Origin: a virus
Direction: 5' to 3' (one strand)
Length of the DNA stretch: 64,000 nt
Virus record (IMG/VR): IMGVR_UViG_3300017987_000071
Location: 1-64,000 of that record
Below the pieces are notes generated by a model. The model had not been told where the DNA came from and made no database searches. It saw only the letters and a list, made by a program, of their open reading frames with translations. Shown piece by piece: positions 9,961 through 20,040 of this stretch. Position 1 is the first letter of the stretch. Each line of letters opens with the position of its first letter. Both the position numbers and the translations under genes were made by a program.

Positions 9961-11523
9961 CTAACCTCCGTACTCTTCAAAGGATGCTCCAGTAGGAAGC
10001 ACAGTAAACTCAATCTCTAGTTGCTCTGCGGCCTTAGTCGGCTTCAAAAACAACTTACCAAGCATAGTATTTTGGTCAATCAACGTAGGCGTATTCGTTG
10101 TATCATCACAGACAACCCTAAAATCGTACAACCCACGATTGTTAGCAATCTCGCGTAGATATGGGTTCACAAGGTCTGTAAACTGAATCCATGTTATTGA
10201 ATCATTTGGCTCAAAAACCAAATCAAGAGTTGCTGTTGCAATAACTTTACGAGCATAAAGCAACAAGCGCCTTACGTTAACTCGGTCTGTAGCAGTAGCT
10301 GAACGCTGTAAAGTTCGCTGCCCCCAAAGAGCAATGCCTCTTGTGCTAAAATTAACAAACGGATTCAAGGCATTACCACCTGAATACATTAGGTCTCGTT
10401 CACCTTGCCTTGGGGAGTATTCAAGGTCTAAAGCATCTACGATGCGTGCTCTCTGGAACCCCGCAGGAGCATACCACGGGAACGCCACCGAATCGGTATA
10501 AGCACAAATTCGAGCAAGTATACCAGACGGTGGAACCCACACTTTATCGTTATTATACCCATCAAAAAACTGAACCCAAGGCCATCCGGCAAACCCATAA
10601 GAGGAGTTAAGAGCAGCAGCAGGATAATCCACACCCGCCAGATCACCATTATGGAAATCAATAGCATCTTGCACAGAAGTTAGACCGAGCGGAAGGTCAG
10701 GCAGTGCCAAACAATCGCCACGAGTCTCTCCAATACTAAGCAACTCAGCAATAACACTTGCTTCATAACGCCCTGGAGCTGCCAGCAAATTAACGTCTAC
10801 AGATTCAGGATCATCGAAAATCTGAAGACCTGTACGAGTGCTACCACTTACTGTACCGACTACATCACCAATATCAGCATCTTCGCCATCATCTCCACCA
10901 GTTAAATCGGTGGTGGCTAACTGAAGTGTAGTTTCTGTAGTAGCAGTAACGTAAATATAAACAGACTTGCCTATACCAGTTGAACCTGCTCCTTGATTGA
11001 TGCGAGTTTCGATGTAATCCGCATCACTAGCATTACCGGTACCAATAACCAAATTGTCATGGACCTCAACGATAAATGATCCATCTTTAACCGTCAACTT
11101 ATATGTACCACTGCGAGTACCATTGGTAACGATTACACTTATATCGTTATAACCAGAACCTGGGTACAGCGACCTTACCACCACACTATTTTGGGTATCT
11201 GTAGCATTTCGCAGGTTGGCAGTAGCATATGCTTCATACGTCCCTACACGAACATACCACAACTGATTGCCAGCCTTCAGGTACTGGATTGCTGCCAGTA
11301 GCGCCTGATGGTTGCTGGTTTTAACATCAGCACTTATTGTTTTCAAATCTGGAGCACCAAACTTCTCAATCAACTGCCCCTCGGATGCTATAAACGTTTT
11401 CTTGTTCATAGGACCGCGGGATGCTGTCCCCACAACCCCAAATATGCTTGAGGATAACTGAGGAACGTACAGCGATAAATCTCTCTCAGTTGTGTATGCC
11501 CCTGGCGATACATGTATTGCCAT
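9961..11523 (-). CDS. Tail sheath protein (gp18-like)
   Basis: SPG.Y..E.DLS, PWYAPAG, WGQRTL, RVNVRRL, FEPND. Confidence 0.97.
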   Translation of the reverse strand: MAIHVSPGAYTTERDLSLYVPQLSSSIFGVVGTASRGPMNKKTFIASEGQLIEKFGAPDLKTISADVKTSNHQALLAAIQYLKAGNQLWYVRVGTYEAYATANLRNATDTQNSVVVRSLYPGSGYNDISVIVTNGTRSGTYKLTVKDGSFIVEVHDNLVIGTGNASDADYIETRINQGAGSTGIGKSVYIYVTATTETTLQLATTDLTGGDDGEDADIGDVVGTVSGSTRTGLQIFDDPESVDVNLLAAPGRYEASVIAELLSIGETRGDCLALPDLPLGLTSVQDAIDFHNGDLAGVDYPAAALNSSYGFAGWPWVQFFDGYNNDKVWVPPSGILARICAYTDSVAFPWYAPAGFQRARIVDALDLEYSPRQGERDLMYSGGNALNPFVNFSTRGIALWGQRTLQRSATATDRVNVRRLLLYARKVIATATLDLVFEPNDSITWIQFTDLVNPYLREIANNRGLYDFRVVCDDTTNTPTLIDQNTMLGKLFLKPTKAAEQLEIEFTVLPTGASFEEYGG

Positions 11524-12372
11524 CTATGCCTCCTGAATAATATCAGTTCCGTATTGCTCCACAATGTCATTAGGTTGGACGTTATCCAAGTCCGCCGTTG
11601 TCTTAACAGCACACTTATCCAACTTGACTTGCAAAACACTGCGTCTGTTTATTGCGCGTCGGGGTATCCACCCCCGAACCGTAAAATTGAACATAACCCG
11701 TAGATCCCGTTGCTGATCAGCACCCGGCTCCAAGTTATCTCCGAAATTCGTCCCTGCCCATTCAACCGACACAGACACCTCTCCCAATCTGCGGGGCAAG
11801 TCAACGGTTATAAATAACTCATCTGCGTACCAACCTGCCAATACACACTGCTCCCAAAACACCTTACGCTCATTATCCGTTCTGCACCATATCTGAAACG
11901 TATATGGTATATTGAATGGAGCAGGCCATTCATGCATCAATACATCCTTGCCATCATAAGATAACCCCTTAGATATTACTGTTCGGTTATCTCTACGCGG
12001 GTCTGGTATTGGATCACCACTCATCAACGACCCAAATGGCAATGGTACACCTTTCACTGGTACTCCCAACTGCCTTGCCATAGCAGCAAATGCTCGGTCG
12101 GGAGTAGCAAAAGTCCGTCTTAAAGTCTTATAGTCTATTGTGTTTCCGTCTGCGGAGACTTGCGTCTGCCTGAATATCTCACCCATAAGATCAGACATCG
12201 CTTTGTCGTATATATCATAAATGCTACTGCGAGAATCAGAGTCTACGGTAGTTGGAGGGGTAGCTCTTGCAATCTGGTGTATTACCACATTGGTCTTTGT
12301 CTGATATTCGTTCCCCTGTGCTGTTACTCGCTGATGATTTACCACTAGAAGTAGCCTCCTCCGCTTTGCCAA
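11524..12372 (-). CDS. Tail terminator/completion protein (gp15-like)
   Basis: VPLP, P.PFNI.Y, F.FTVRGW motifs; immediately upstream of the sheath. Confidence 0.65.
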   Translation of the reverse strand: MAKRRRLLLVVNHQRVTAQGNEYQTKTNVVIHQIARATPPTTVDSDSRSSIYDIYDKAMSDLMGEIFRQTQVSADGNTIDYKTLRRTFATPDRAFAAMARQLGVPVKGVPLPFGSLMSGDPIPDPRRDNRTVISKGLSYDGKDVLMHEWPAPFNIPYTFQIWCRTDNERKVFWEQCVLAGWYADELFITVDLPRRLGEVSVSVEWAGTNFGDNLEPGADQQRDLRVMFNFTVRGWIPRRAINRRSVLQVKLDKCAVKTTADLDNVQPNDIVEQYGTDIIQEA

Positions 12373-13106
12373 CTCTCTTGAAGCGCTTCCTTTACGCTTC
12401 TAGTTTTATTTGATTCCTTTTTGCGAGCCAATATCTTTTCCCATCTGGCTTTCTCTCTTTGAAAATACCGCAATATCTTAGGTACATACCGTCGTACCAT
12501 CTTATCCCAAACCTTGCTTCTCTCTTTATCATACCAATCGTCCAACTCCTCCACAGCACGACCTTCTTCCTCCGTCCAATCTCGAAACTCTTCTGGTTCA
12601 ATCTTCTCTCGCTTAGCTTTGTAGATTGGATCAATCCCCGACATTGCCTCCTTCATAGCAAGTTTTGCTTCATCCCACAACTTGCTTTTAGCATCCTGTA
12701 CTTTTTCGTAAGCATACTTAGGGACATTGCGCCGAAACCAATCATCTATGCTATCCATTTCCTTCTGCATTTTTTCTGCTTCGGGGCTACTTGCTTCTTT
12801 CTTCTCAAGCAACTCAGCATCCAGCGACTCATCTTTACGCTTTCCCAACCCTTTCAGCATTTGTCTTCGCTTTGCTACCTTCTTCTTTAACTCCTCGCGT
12901 CTCTTTTGCAAACGCTCAACTTCGCTAGTATTCCCGGCTTTCTTTGCTTGGCGAATTGCAGCAGTCAACTTTGCTTGCTCTTTTCCATAAGCACTCATTG
13001 CTGTTTGCTCTTCCGCCAGCATTCGCTTTTCTCTTGCTTCAATTAATTCTGTTTGCAACCCACCAAAAAAATTTGCTATATCTGTGCCTGCTGACTCATT
13101 ACGCAT
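12345..13106 (-). CDS. Charged helical protein, probable internal head protein
   Basis: Strong SD; many x-x-E-S/A sites; C-terminal half is paralogous to the N-terminal half of 13117-14082. Confidence 0.55.
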   Translation of the reverse strand: MRNESAGTDIANFFGGLQTELIEAREKRMLAEEQTAMSAYGKEQAKLTAAIRQAKKAGNTSEVERLQKRREELKKKVAKRRQMLKGLGKRKDESLDAELLEKKEASSPEAEKMQKEMDSIDDWFRRNVPKYAYEKVQDAKSKLWDEAKLAMKEAMSGIDPIYKAKREKIEPEEFRDWTEEEGRAVEELDDWYDKERSKVWDKMVRRYVPKILRYFQREKARWEKILARKKESNKTRSVKEALQESWQSGGGYF

Positions 13107-13116
13107 AACACACCTC

Positions 13117-14082
13117 CTACGCTGCTTTAGACATCAATTCCTGAAGCGTAACAACATGCCTACGCAACTGCTTCAAAGCATCCAGCACACGATCTAAACC
13201 CACAGGATACCGTCCCTTGAAAGCATCCCCCAAAAATTCATCAGCAGCGGCCTTTGCTTTCTCTTGCCATTTTCGATAATCTCTAATATCCTGATCTAAC
13301 GCCCGACGCAAATCGGTAATGTCACCACGATATCGCCTAAGCAATCTTGCAAGCGTTGGCATATCCACAGCACCAGATTCCAGTTTGCCACCTAGCACCT
13401 TGAATACTTCTGATAACTGATCTTGATACTCTTCCACTGGAGGCAACGCAGCACGCATAGCTGCCTCCGCTGCCATCCACTTTTGTCCTCGTCCCAACTT
13501 ATGGCGTAACCAACCCCAGAGGGCAACAAAAGCAGTGCCTCCTGCGGCAGCGTATTGCCAATAGTTTCTAACAAGATTCAACGCAACGTCGAACCAGTTC
13601 TCATCCAAGCGTGACTCTTTTACAATTAACCTAGCAGCCCCCTCTGGAGATATTGCTTCGTACATCACCAGATCAACATATAAGCTCCTATGCATCATGC
13701 TCTCCTCGTTTTGCCGTTTTGATTTTCTCTTTGCCAATATTTGCTCCCAGCGTCTTTTCTCAGAGCGATAAAGTTTCAGAACCGTTGGCAACCATTTTAC
13801 ATACACTTCTTCAGTAATTCTATCCTTCTCACCCTTATACCAACGACGCAAGGCATCATATTCGTTAGGCTTTGCTTCTGATTGGCCTAACTTCCTGCGT
13901 TTCTTCTCATACTCTACTTTCGCTTTTGCGAATCTCTTTTTCTTATCAAGCGACATCCACTCCCTAATTGCATTTCGCTTTGTAACAACTCGCTGCCAAG
14001 GGCCATCCCAAGTCTGAAACCAATCAGCAATACGATTCAACTCCTTGTTAATGGTTTCCACTTTTCCTTCTACTAAGTTCAT
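13117..14082 (-). CDS. Two-module helical protein with internal tag-like motif and hydrophobic segment
   Basis: YVDLVMYEAISPEGAARLIVKESRLDE followed by AAAGGTAFVALWGWL. Confidence 0.55.
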   Translation of the reverse strand: MNLVEGKVETINKELNRIADWFQTWDGPWQRVVTKRNAIREWMSLDKKKRFAKAKVEYEKKRRKLGQSEAKPNEYDALRRWYKGEKDRITEEVYVKWLPTVLKLYRSEKRRWEQILAKRKSKRQNEESMMHRSLYVDLVMYEAISPEGAARLIVKESRLDENWFDVALNLVRNYWQYAAAGGTAFVALWGWLRHKLGRGQKWMAAEAAMRAALPPVEEYQDQLSEVFKVLGGKLESGAVDMPTLARLLRRYRGDITDLRRALDQDIRDYRKWQEKAKAAADEFLGDAFKGRYPVGLDRVLDALKQLRRHVVTLQELMSKAA

Positions 14083-14615
14083 TTCAACTCCTTAGTAATC
14101 TCCTTCACGCCGCGATCTATAGCAAGAAGGTCCCTTAACACCTCAATGCGAATCCGCTCAGCGTGCTGTGGCATACGTACTTTAAATCGCTCCCAGACGG
14201 GACGCCAGTGTGGTCGAGCAGGCATCTTGCGTGTACCATACTCCAACCACAACATCAATTGAGCAAATGCGACCTTCGCTCTCGAATGGGGTTTATTGGG
14301 AAACCCTACCGAAACCTCGAAAGTCCCCCCTCTGCTTCTAGGGGTTGGTGTCTCAATTACGCTTATGTTATCTACGTATTCCTGCGTCATAACAAGAATA
14401 CGCAAATCGTAACCCTCCCGACGCTTTCGCTCAAGCCAAGCGTCAGACAAGGGAGGTTTTATATTGATCTGATACAGAATTGTATCCTGTACCGACTCAG
14501 CAAGCAAAGTAGCAACTTTTCGCAAATAACGAGTGCTACCCTCGAACACCGCTTTGCGAATGCCTTGCACGAAAGGCTTTGCCTTCTTATACCGCTTCGT
14601 CACCCTCGATGGCAT
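14079..14615 (-). CDS. Head-tail joining/tail completion protein (HK97 gp10-like)
   Basis: LEYGTRKMPARPHWRP signature. Confidence 0.8.
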   Translation of the reverse strand: MPSRVTKRYKKAKPFVQGIRKAVFEGSTRYLRKVATLLAESVQDTILYQINIKPPLSDAWLERKRREGYDLRILVMTQEYVDNISVIETPTPRSRGGTFEVSVGFPNKPHSRAKVAFAQLMLWLEYGTRKMPARPHWRPVWERFKVRMPQHAERIRIEVLRDLLAIDRGVKEITKELK

Positions 14616-14663
14616 AATCTAAGTTCCAAACAATCTACACACACTTTTAAAGAAAAAAGGAGA

Positions 14664-14888
14664 TCATGATTCAACCATTGCTGGATTAGCATTGAAATTC
14701 GTAAAGAAGATACCAACGTTGTTCGGCAGCCCCTTGCCTTCTGCTAAATCCGCGAATAAATTCGCTAAAGCCCCATACAACTCATTCTCCGTTTTGTATG
14801 CACCGTATCCATCCATACGGAATCGAAAAATGGTTCCGTCCACTGTACCTCCAGCGTCCTTCAATCCCTGCACTATTAAATTAGTCAT
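14664..14888 (-). CDS. Hypothetical protein
   Basis: TAATG overlap with the upstream gene. Confidence 0.5.
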   Translation of the reverse strand: MTNLIVQGLKDAGGTVDGTIFRFRMDGYGAYKTENELYGALANLFADLAEGKGLPNNVGIFFTNFNANPAMVES

Positions 14889-15442
14889 TATTCACACGTT
14901 ACAGGCGATGGCAACCCCTGCGATAAATCACGCAAGATTTGCCCGGTTATTGCTATATAAACTGGCAAATTTGAGACGCCGTGATACTTCTCACGATGAA
15001 AATCCCGCACCTCAAATTCCTTATCGTCAAAAACAAATTTGTCTCCTGGCTTTACCAAGATCACCGGTGATGAGACTGGGCTACGCGGGTTGCTTAAAGT
15101 CGCCAACCCAACATCAACCAGCTTAACCACTGATGGAATTAAAACAATGTCCCGCTTCTCATCTATACCATAGCGATTCAAGTCCTTCTCAGTCGGATTA
15201 AGGTTAACAAACGTATGCAAATCAACTGGCTCGCTCCACGTCTTTAGATGCTCTTCTATTTCCTGATGTACAGCATCCAATGCATCTTGCACAGTCGACA
15301 AACTATAATACGGAATTATCGGCAAATGCTGCTCTGACCATTCCTTGATATACTCCATATCACGAGCATAATCAATACTCAAGTTAGGCCACTGATAGCC
15401 CCACCGTTTATTCTTTACTGGCGTATTATAATTGCGCGACAT
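14888..15442 (-). CDS. Neck protein (gp14-like stopper)
   Basis: L.RYGID..RD, KPGD....D...FEV motifs; neck position. Confidence 0.65.
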   Translation of the reverse strand: MSRNYNTPVKNKRWGYQWPNLSIDYARDMEYIKEWSEQHLPIIPYYSLSTVQDALDAVHQEIEEHLKTWSEPVDLHTFVNLNPTEKDLNRYGIDEKRDIVLIPSVVKLVDVGLATLSNPRSPVSSPVILVKPGDKFVFDDKEFEVRDFHREKYHGVSNLPVYIAITGQILRDLSQGLPSPVTCE

Positions 15443-15451
15443 CTTTTTACC

Positions 15452-15943
15452 TTAACGCAAGGGACCCATTTTCAAATCTCTTACAAACTCGTTATAATTC
15501 TCAACCAACTGTCGCAAGCGCCCCACTTCATCCCTCTTAGACTCAACAACACTTTGATACACAAGTTCTGCTTGTTCCAACTTATCACGGTGCATTTGCA
15601 CCAATTCCTCTAAGAGGCCTTTAATATCAGGTTGCGAAATCTTATGAGCACTCTGCTGATAAAACCTATTTATTCCATTAAAAGAACGCTTTGTGGCTTC
15701 AACTAACCCACGAGCCAACCCAAGCATACCATCCCAATCACTACCTGCTTTCCATTGCTTCACAACACTAGCAACTGCTTTCAATCCAGCAGCATCCGCA
15801 GGAGGCAACTGAAATCCCTCATCAAGCCTCTCAGCTACCTTTGGCAAATTACCATGTAGCAAACCGCTAACATGTGCATTTGCTGGTTCACCACACATTA
15901 TTTTGCTTATAATTGCTCTTGTATCTTCCACTACTACCCCCAC
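15452..15943 (-). CDS. Helical protein with N-terminal tag-like motif
   Basis: AIISKIMCGEPANAHVSGLL...RLDE, then a helical body. Confidence 0.5.
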   Translation of the reverse strand: MGVVVEDTRAIISKIMCGEPANAHVSGLLHGNLPKVAERLDEGFQLPPADAAGLKAVASVVKQWKAGSDWDGMLGLARGLVEATKRSFNGINRFYQQSAHKISQPDIKGLLEELVQMHRDKLEQAELVYQSVVESKRDEVGRLRQLVENYNEFVRDLKMGPLR

Positions 15944-16650
15944 ACAGGTGGCATTGGTTCCTGTATGTTTGCTAAATCCTCTCGAACTCTCTCCATTATA
16001 CGCTCCCCAATCTCACGCTGAGTTGCTCCATCCAATTGGATGTCGCCTGTGGGACCAGGAAGCACATTACCATGCTTACCCCGGATATCGCCCAACGATA
16101 CCCGAATTATTGCTTCTACACAATCCATAAACAACTGCTCATAGGAAACCGGCACAGCCGATACTGTTTCTAACGGATATGCTACTTCGTAACCAATATT
16201 TACGGGGTCGCTAGGAGCATAAATAAACAAACGATAATTAGCAGCATCATACTCCCAATCTGGCTCAGTGCCAAAAACCCTCTCGCGGTTCTGATGGTCT
16301 ATCTTGCGTAGCAAATGATAAACATATCGCCCTTGCCTATAGTAAGGGCGATATTCAAATACATTGAAGTCAGTATACGTAGCAGCACGCTCTTCACGCA
16401 GAAACTTAACCGATAAAACGCCTAACGGGGCAGGGTCGCCAGAAGCATCCCCCTCCGTTACATCAATAAACCCCTTATCCAACACATTCTCAGCAGACTT
16501 TAACTTACGTCCTAAGATGTGTCGTTTAAAGGTGCGAAGAGCACGGTTTATCGCTGCCTGAAAACCTTCAGGTTCTATCTCTAAATCTCTGCGTCCACGA
16601 CCTAACAGCTCGCGGATTTCATGCTCTATTGTTTCAGCCGTCAGCGCCAT
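15934..16650 (-). CDS. Neck protein (gp13-like adaptor)
   Basis: LG....LEI, G.IRGK....PGP.G.IQLDG, P..WG C-terminus. Confidence 0.8.
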   Translation of the reverse strand: MALTAETIEHEIRELLGRGRRDLEIEPEGFQAAINRALRTFKRHILGRKLKSAENVLDKGFIDVTEGDASGDPAPLGVLSVKFLREERAATYTDFNVFEYRPYYRQGRYVYHLLRKIDHQNRERVFGTEPDWEYDAANYRLFIYAPSDPVNIGYEVAYPLETVSAVPVSYEQLFMDCVEAIIRVSLGDIRGKHGNVLPGPTGDIQLDGATQREIGERIMERVREDLANIQEPMPPVWG

Positions 16651-17107
16651 CTTCCTCGTCCTGCTTATGATATTGATTGAAGTGCCGGATTGCTACATTA
16701 GCATCCTCAGTACTCCAATCACAGTGCTTACAAAAGTACGTTTCGCCGATTTGTACCCAACGATCATCACCAATAACCGCTTGGGTTTCCATCTCGCAAG
16801 CTACCATGCAAGAGGATGCACATGCGGATGCTGATATGCTACCCCGGCGTCCTCGATTACGCTGCCGTTTTCGAGGAGACCACGGTACAAATTCGGTATG
16901 ATTAGCGGCAGTAACCTTTACGCCGCGCTTCCGGCGCGAGGCTAACTCGGAATCCGTTAACGGCTCCCTGGTTAACTGCGTCGGATTGAGAAAGCGACTC
17001 CACCAAATGTTGTCGTCCCATTCCCCTGGTGTAAAAAGCCGACTACCGCCCCGCGAATCCGTAAGGTACAAGGGGTACTTATGTCGGTTTACATACTTAT
17101 ACCGCAT
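16634..17107 (-). CDS. Protein with C-x3-C-x3-C motif and C-terminal C2H2 zinc finger
   Basis: ATG 17107 after GGAGGT; CASSCMVACE; YFCKHC-x12-HFNQYH. Confidence 0.6.
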   Translation of the reverse strand: MRYKYVNRHKYPLYLTDSRGGSRLFTPGEWDDNIWWSRFLNPTQLTREPLTDSELASRRKRGVKVTAANHTEFVPWSPRKRQRNRGRRGSISASACASSCMVACEMETQAVIGDDRWVQIGETYFCKHCDWSTEDANVAIRHFNQYHKQDEEDGADG

Positions 17108-17147
17108 AACGCCCACCTCCGTTTTCTTAACCAACTAATATTAGGGG

Positions 17148-18572
17148 TTAGGGTGAGCTTTCGGTTATAGTACCTGTCACATAGTAGTCACTGTTGACAA
17201 CTTTCTGTGCTGTTCTGGTAGCCATACCACGACGAGTCACAAAGTCATCCAGCGTTACGGGTTCTGTGGTATAAAGTCCAATATACGGAGCATGAACATA
17301 ACCGGTATCCAAAATGCCAGTACCCTTATGCCCCATCAGGAACTCATTAGTAGGAAAGTCAGGGTCCTTATAGAACACAGTACCATCAGACAACTGCCCG
17401 GCTTTGTATATACCTAAAGAGCCTTTTGGAGCAGGAAATGCTTTATATCCTGGCATATATTCTACTATGTTTGCACAACCGGTACCACCAATCATCCAAG
17501 GGGTCACAGTTCTCTTAGTAGCATCAAAAATGAGGTTCTTGGCTTCAATGATCTTCAGCAAGAAAGTCTTGTAATGATCATCAAGAGAGATGCCTTCTGG
17601 CTTGGTTTTATCAAACGCAACTGAACCAGCACTCGCGACAGCACGCAAATGCTGAACAATCTTGAAATTGATTTCTTTGCTGATCATGTTCGCCATGAAA
17701 GCAGTTATCTCAACATCAGTTTGAACACCATGATAAGCCTTCATGTCTTGAGCGCCTTCTAAACTCCAACGTGCTCTTAGTTTGTTGGGGCGAGCAACAA
17801 CGGGGCAAGAAGTAAAACTCAGATCAACTTGTGGCACTTGGCTGGAACCTTCTAAATCAAACTGGTAAGTACCAGTAATAGCAGTACCAGAGCCAACAAC
17901 ACTAGAAAAGGTAACAGAATATGCACCGGTATGGTAGTTAACCGTACCACTACCACCACCCTGCAAACCACCTTTACCGTCATCGGTAACTACCTGTGTA
18001 CCATCGGTAATCTCAACGGTTCCGGCTCTAAGGCCTGAAGGACCATAAGCTAAAGTACCAGTATAAGCACCAGCACCACCATTCCCGTTCTGCAAAAACT
18101 CATTCTCCACCAGCTCGTCACTGTAGTGATAACCAGAAGACGGTCCTCGCTTAGCAGAATACATCTTTTCGCCCTTCTTTACATCACCCTTATCGGACCC
18201 ATAAAGAACGTCGAAATAGAAAATCATCCCACTAGGGGAATCCAAGGGTTGTACAGACACGAGATCAGCAGCAACCAAATTGTTCACAATGGCACGTATA
18301 AGTGGAAATACATACTTCTCGAAACTACCTACATGTGTAGTTCGAGTTGTCTCGTCCATATTAGCATACCACTTGCGCTGGTTCTCCATCAAAATAGCAC
18401 AAATGTGACGCTTCCACTCATCCTCAATTCCCTCAAGGAAGTTTACTCTCTTAAAGTTCTCGTACCCGCGGACTGCTCTACCAGGCATATTTGACCATGC
18501 TTCTTGTAGCATTTGCCCTTTCTGGTACATTGCTTCCATTAACTGTTGGGGGTCTTTTCGCATCTTACCCAC
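17148..18572 (-). CDS. Major capsid protein (T4 gp23-like)
   Basis: ILMENQ, PLIR, VSVQPL..PSG.IFY, KLRARWSLE.AQD..A.HG, EIN, APYI. Confidence 0.97.
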   Translation of the reverse strand: MGKMRKDPQQLMEAMYQKGQMLQEAWSNMPGRAVRGYENFKRVNFLEGIEDEWKRHICAILMENQRKWYANMDETTRTTHVGSFEKYVFPLIRAIVNNLVAADLVSVQPLDSPSGMIFYFDVLYGSDKGDVKKGEKMYSAKRGPSSGYHYSDELVENEFLQNGNGGAGAYTGTLAYGPSGLRAGTVEITDGTQVVTDDGKGGLQGGGSGTVNYHTGAYSVTFSSVVGSGTAITGTYQFDLEGSSQVPQVDLSFTSCPVVARPNKLRARWSLEGAQDMKAYHGVQTDVEITAFMANMISKEINFKIVQHLRAVASAGSVAFDKTKPEGISLDDHYKTFLLKIIEAKNLIFDATKRTVTPWMIGGTGCANIVEYMPGYKAFPAPKGSLGIYKAGQLSDGTVFYKDPDFPTNEFLMGHKGTGILDTGYVHAPYIGLYTTEPVTLDDFVTRRGMATRTAQKVVNSDYYVTGTITESSP

Positions 18573-18612
18573 ACTCCTATTCTAAAACAAAAGATCGTCC
18601 TAGCACATCCCG

Positions 18613-20040
18613 TTACTTAGAACGCTCTCTCCTTACTATAGCCTGAATCAAATTAGGCTCATCATAACTCCTACACGATTCCGCTGATTCTACCAGCACT
18701 GAAATCTCATGGGATGGTTCTGGTAAGCGTGAGGGATGCATATCCCTAACAGCCCGACTTACCGAAGCAGATTCAGGTAAACTCTTCTTTTTAGCATCTA
18801 CCTGCTTCTTCTCAATTAATCCTTCAGCGATATGCTTCACCTGCATAGCATTAACACACTCTTTTAACGCAGGACGATATCGCTCCAACTCAGGGGAACT
18901 AAAAAGCAACCCCTCAGCAAAAAATGCAGCGCCGTCTTTATGATAGTGCTTCAGCAAACCTGCTGTAACACTCTCACAAGCAACACGCTTCTTTCCCTCC
19001 TCTTCTGCCTTTGCTTTCTTCTTTTTGGCTTCACCAAGCAAAGCCTCAGCTAATGATTCACTAGCACGACATCGCTTTACAAGTGCTTCACATATTTTGT
19101 TTAAAGCATTGTAACGCTTTGTGCGCTCAGCAAGTACTGCTTTAGTTTCAAGCAATTTTGGCAAAAGAGCAGTCACCACTTTTTGCTCAACTACGTTCTT
19201 GTTGTCACCCACAGCTTTATCCTCCCGCTGTGCTTTACGCGGTACTGCTACCGCCTTCTTCTTAACTCTTCGTTCCTTCTTGTAACCCTTTTGGTCCCAA
19301 ATCCGCCTTTCGATCAGCGCTTTTACTTTGTTAGCTTCGATCACCTCAGCGGGTTTTGCTGTAGCAGACTCAACTAAGTCCTTCAAGCGTACCAACGCTT
19401 CCGCTAATGTAACCACATCGGAATTGGATGCTATAAGCACACAGCGGGCAGCATCTATAACTTCAGCAGAAGCTACCTGTTGCCAACAACCCTCTTCTAC
19501 TCGATGCTCCTCTTTTAGAGGGCGAGTCAATGCAATATCAACAGAGGGGGTGCTCACAAAATCGAAGGTCTCCAACTGATAACCCTTCTGCACCTCCTCC
19601 AAACCATCTTGCAAAGGCATAGTCTCACCACGTCCTCTTGAAGACACCGGCACAGGGGCTTTCAACGCAAACAACTCTTTCAAAACTGTTGTGCGAGGCA
19701 CATTTAGTATCACAGCCTTACCAAGCACCAAGTTGTTTCCACCAACTCGAACTTCAGTAACAATATGCGATGTGCGATTGATGTTAGAAATTCCCTTATC
19801 AGGATGCTCCATCTCTCCCCACACCCGCATCTCATTCAACCGCTTGCTAAATATGCTTTCTGCAAGCAGTTGCTCCTCAAAGCGTTCTTTAGGATATACC
19901 CGTTTGTTTTCGTTGGCTACACCATAACGCTGAAAAGGGCCACATACCGACAAACGCTTATCGGTACCGAGAGGCGTATCTACGCTTTCGTTTAAAACCT
20001 CGATGGGTTTGAAAAGGAATGACTCTACCAGTAATTTCAC
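18613..20040 (-). CDS. Prohead protease (T4 gp21-like) fused to a scaffold-like coiled-coil region
   Basis: N.NKRVYP, GEMEHP, SH, VSSRG.G, FDFV.TPS, then ~300 aa of helical sequence. Confidence 0.93.
   Translation of the reverse strand: MKLLVESFLFKPIEVLNESVDTPLGTDKRLSVCGPFQRYGVANENKRVYPKERFEEQLLAESIFSKRLNEMRVWGEMEHPDKGISNINRTSHIVTEVRVGGNNLVLGKAVILNVPRTTVLKELFALKAPVPVSSRGRGETMPLQDGLEEVQKGYQLETFDFVSTPSVDIALTRPLKEEHRVEEGCWQQVASAEVIDAARCVLIASNSDVVTLAEALVRLKDLVESATAKPAEVIEANKVKALIERRIWDQKGYKKERRVKKKAVAVPRKAQREDKAVGDNKNVVEQKVVTALLPKLLETKAVLAERTKRYNALNKICEALVKRCRASESLAEALLGEAKKKKAKAEEEGKKRVACESVTAGLLKHYHKDGAAFFAEGLLFSSPELERYRPALKECVNAMQVKHIAEGLIEKKQVDAKKKSLPESASVSRAVRDMHPSRLPEPSHEISVLVESAESCRSYDEPNLIQAIVRRERSK

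Noticed and set aside
294-11523. Bacterial contractile injection system (eCIS/tailocin)
   Set aside because: Neck, major capsid and prohead protease genes are linked, indicating a true phage.
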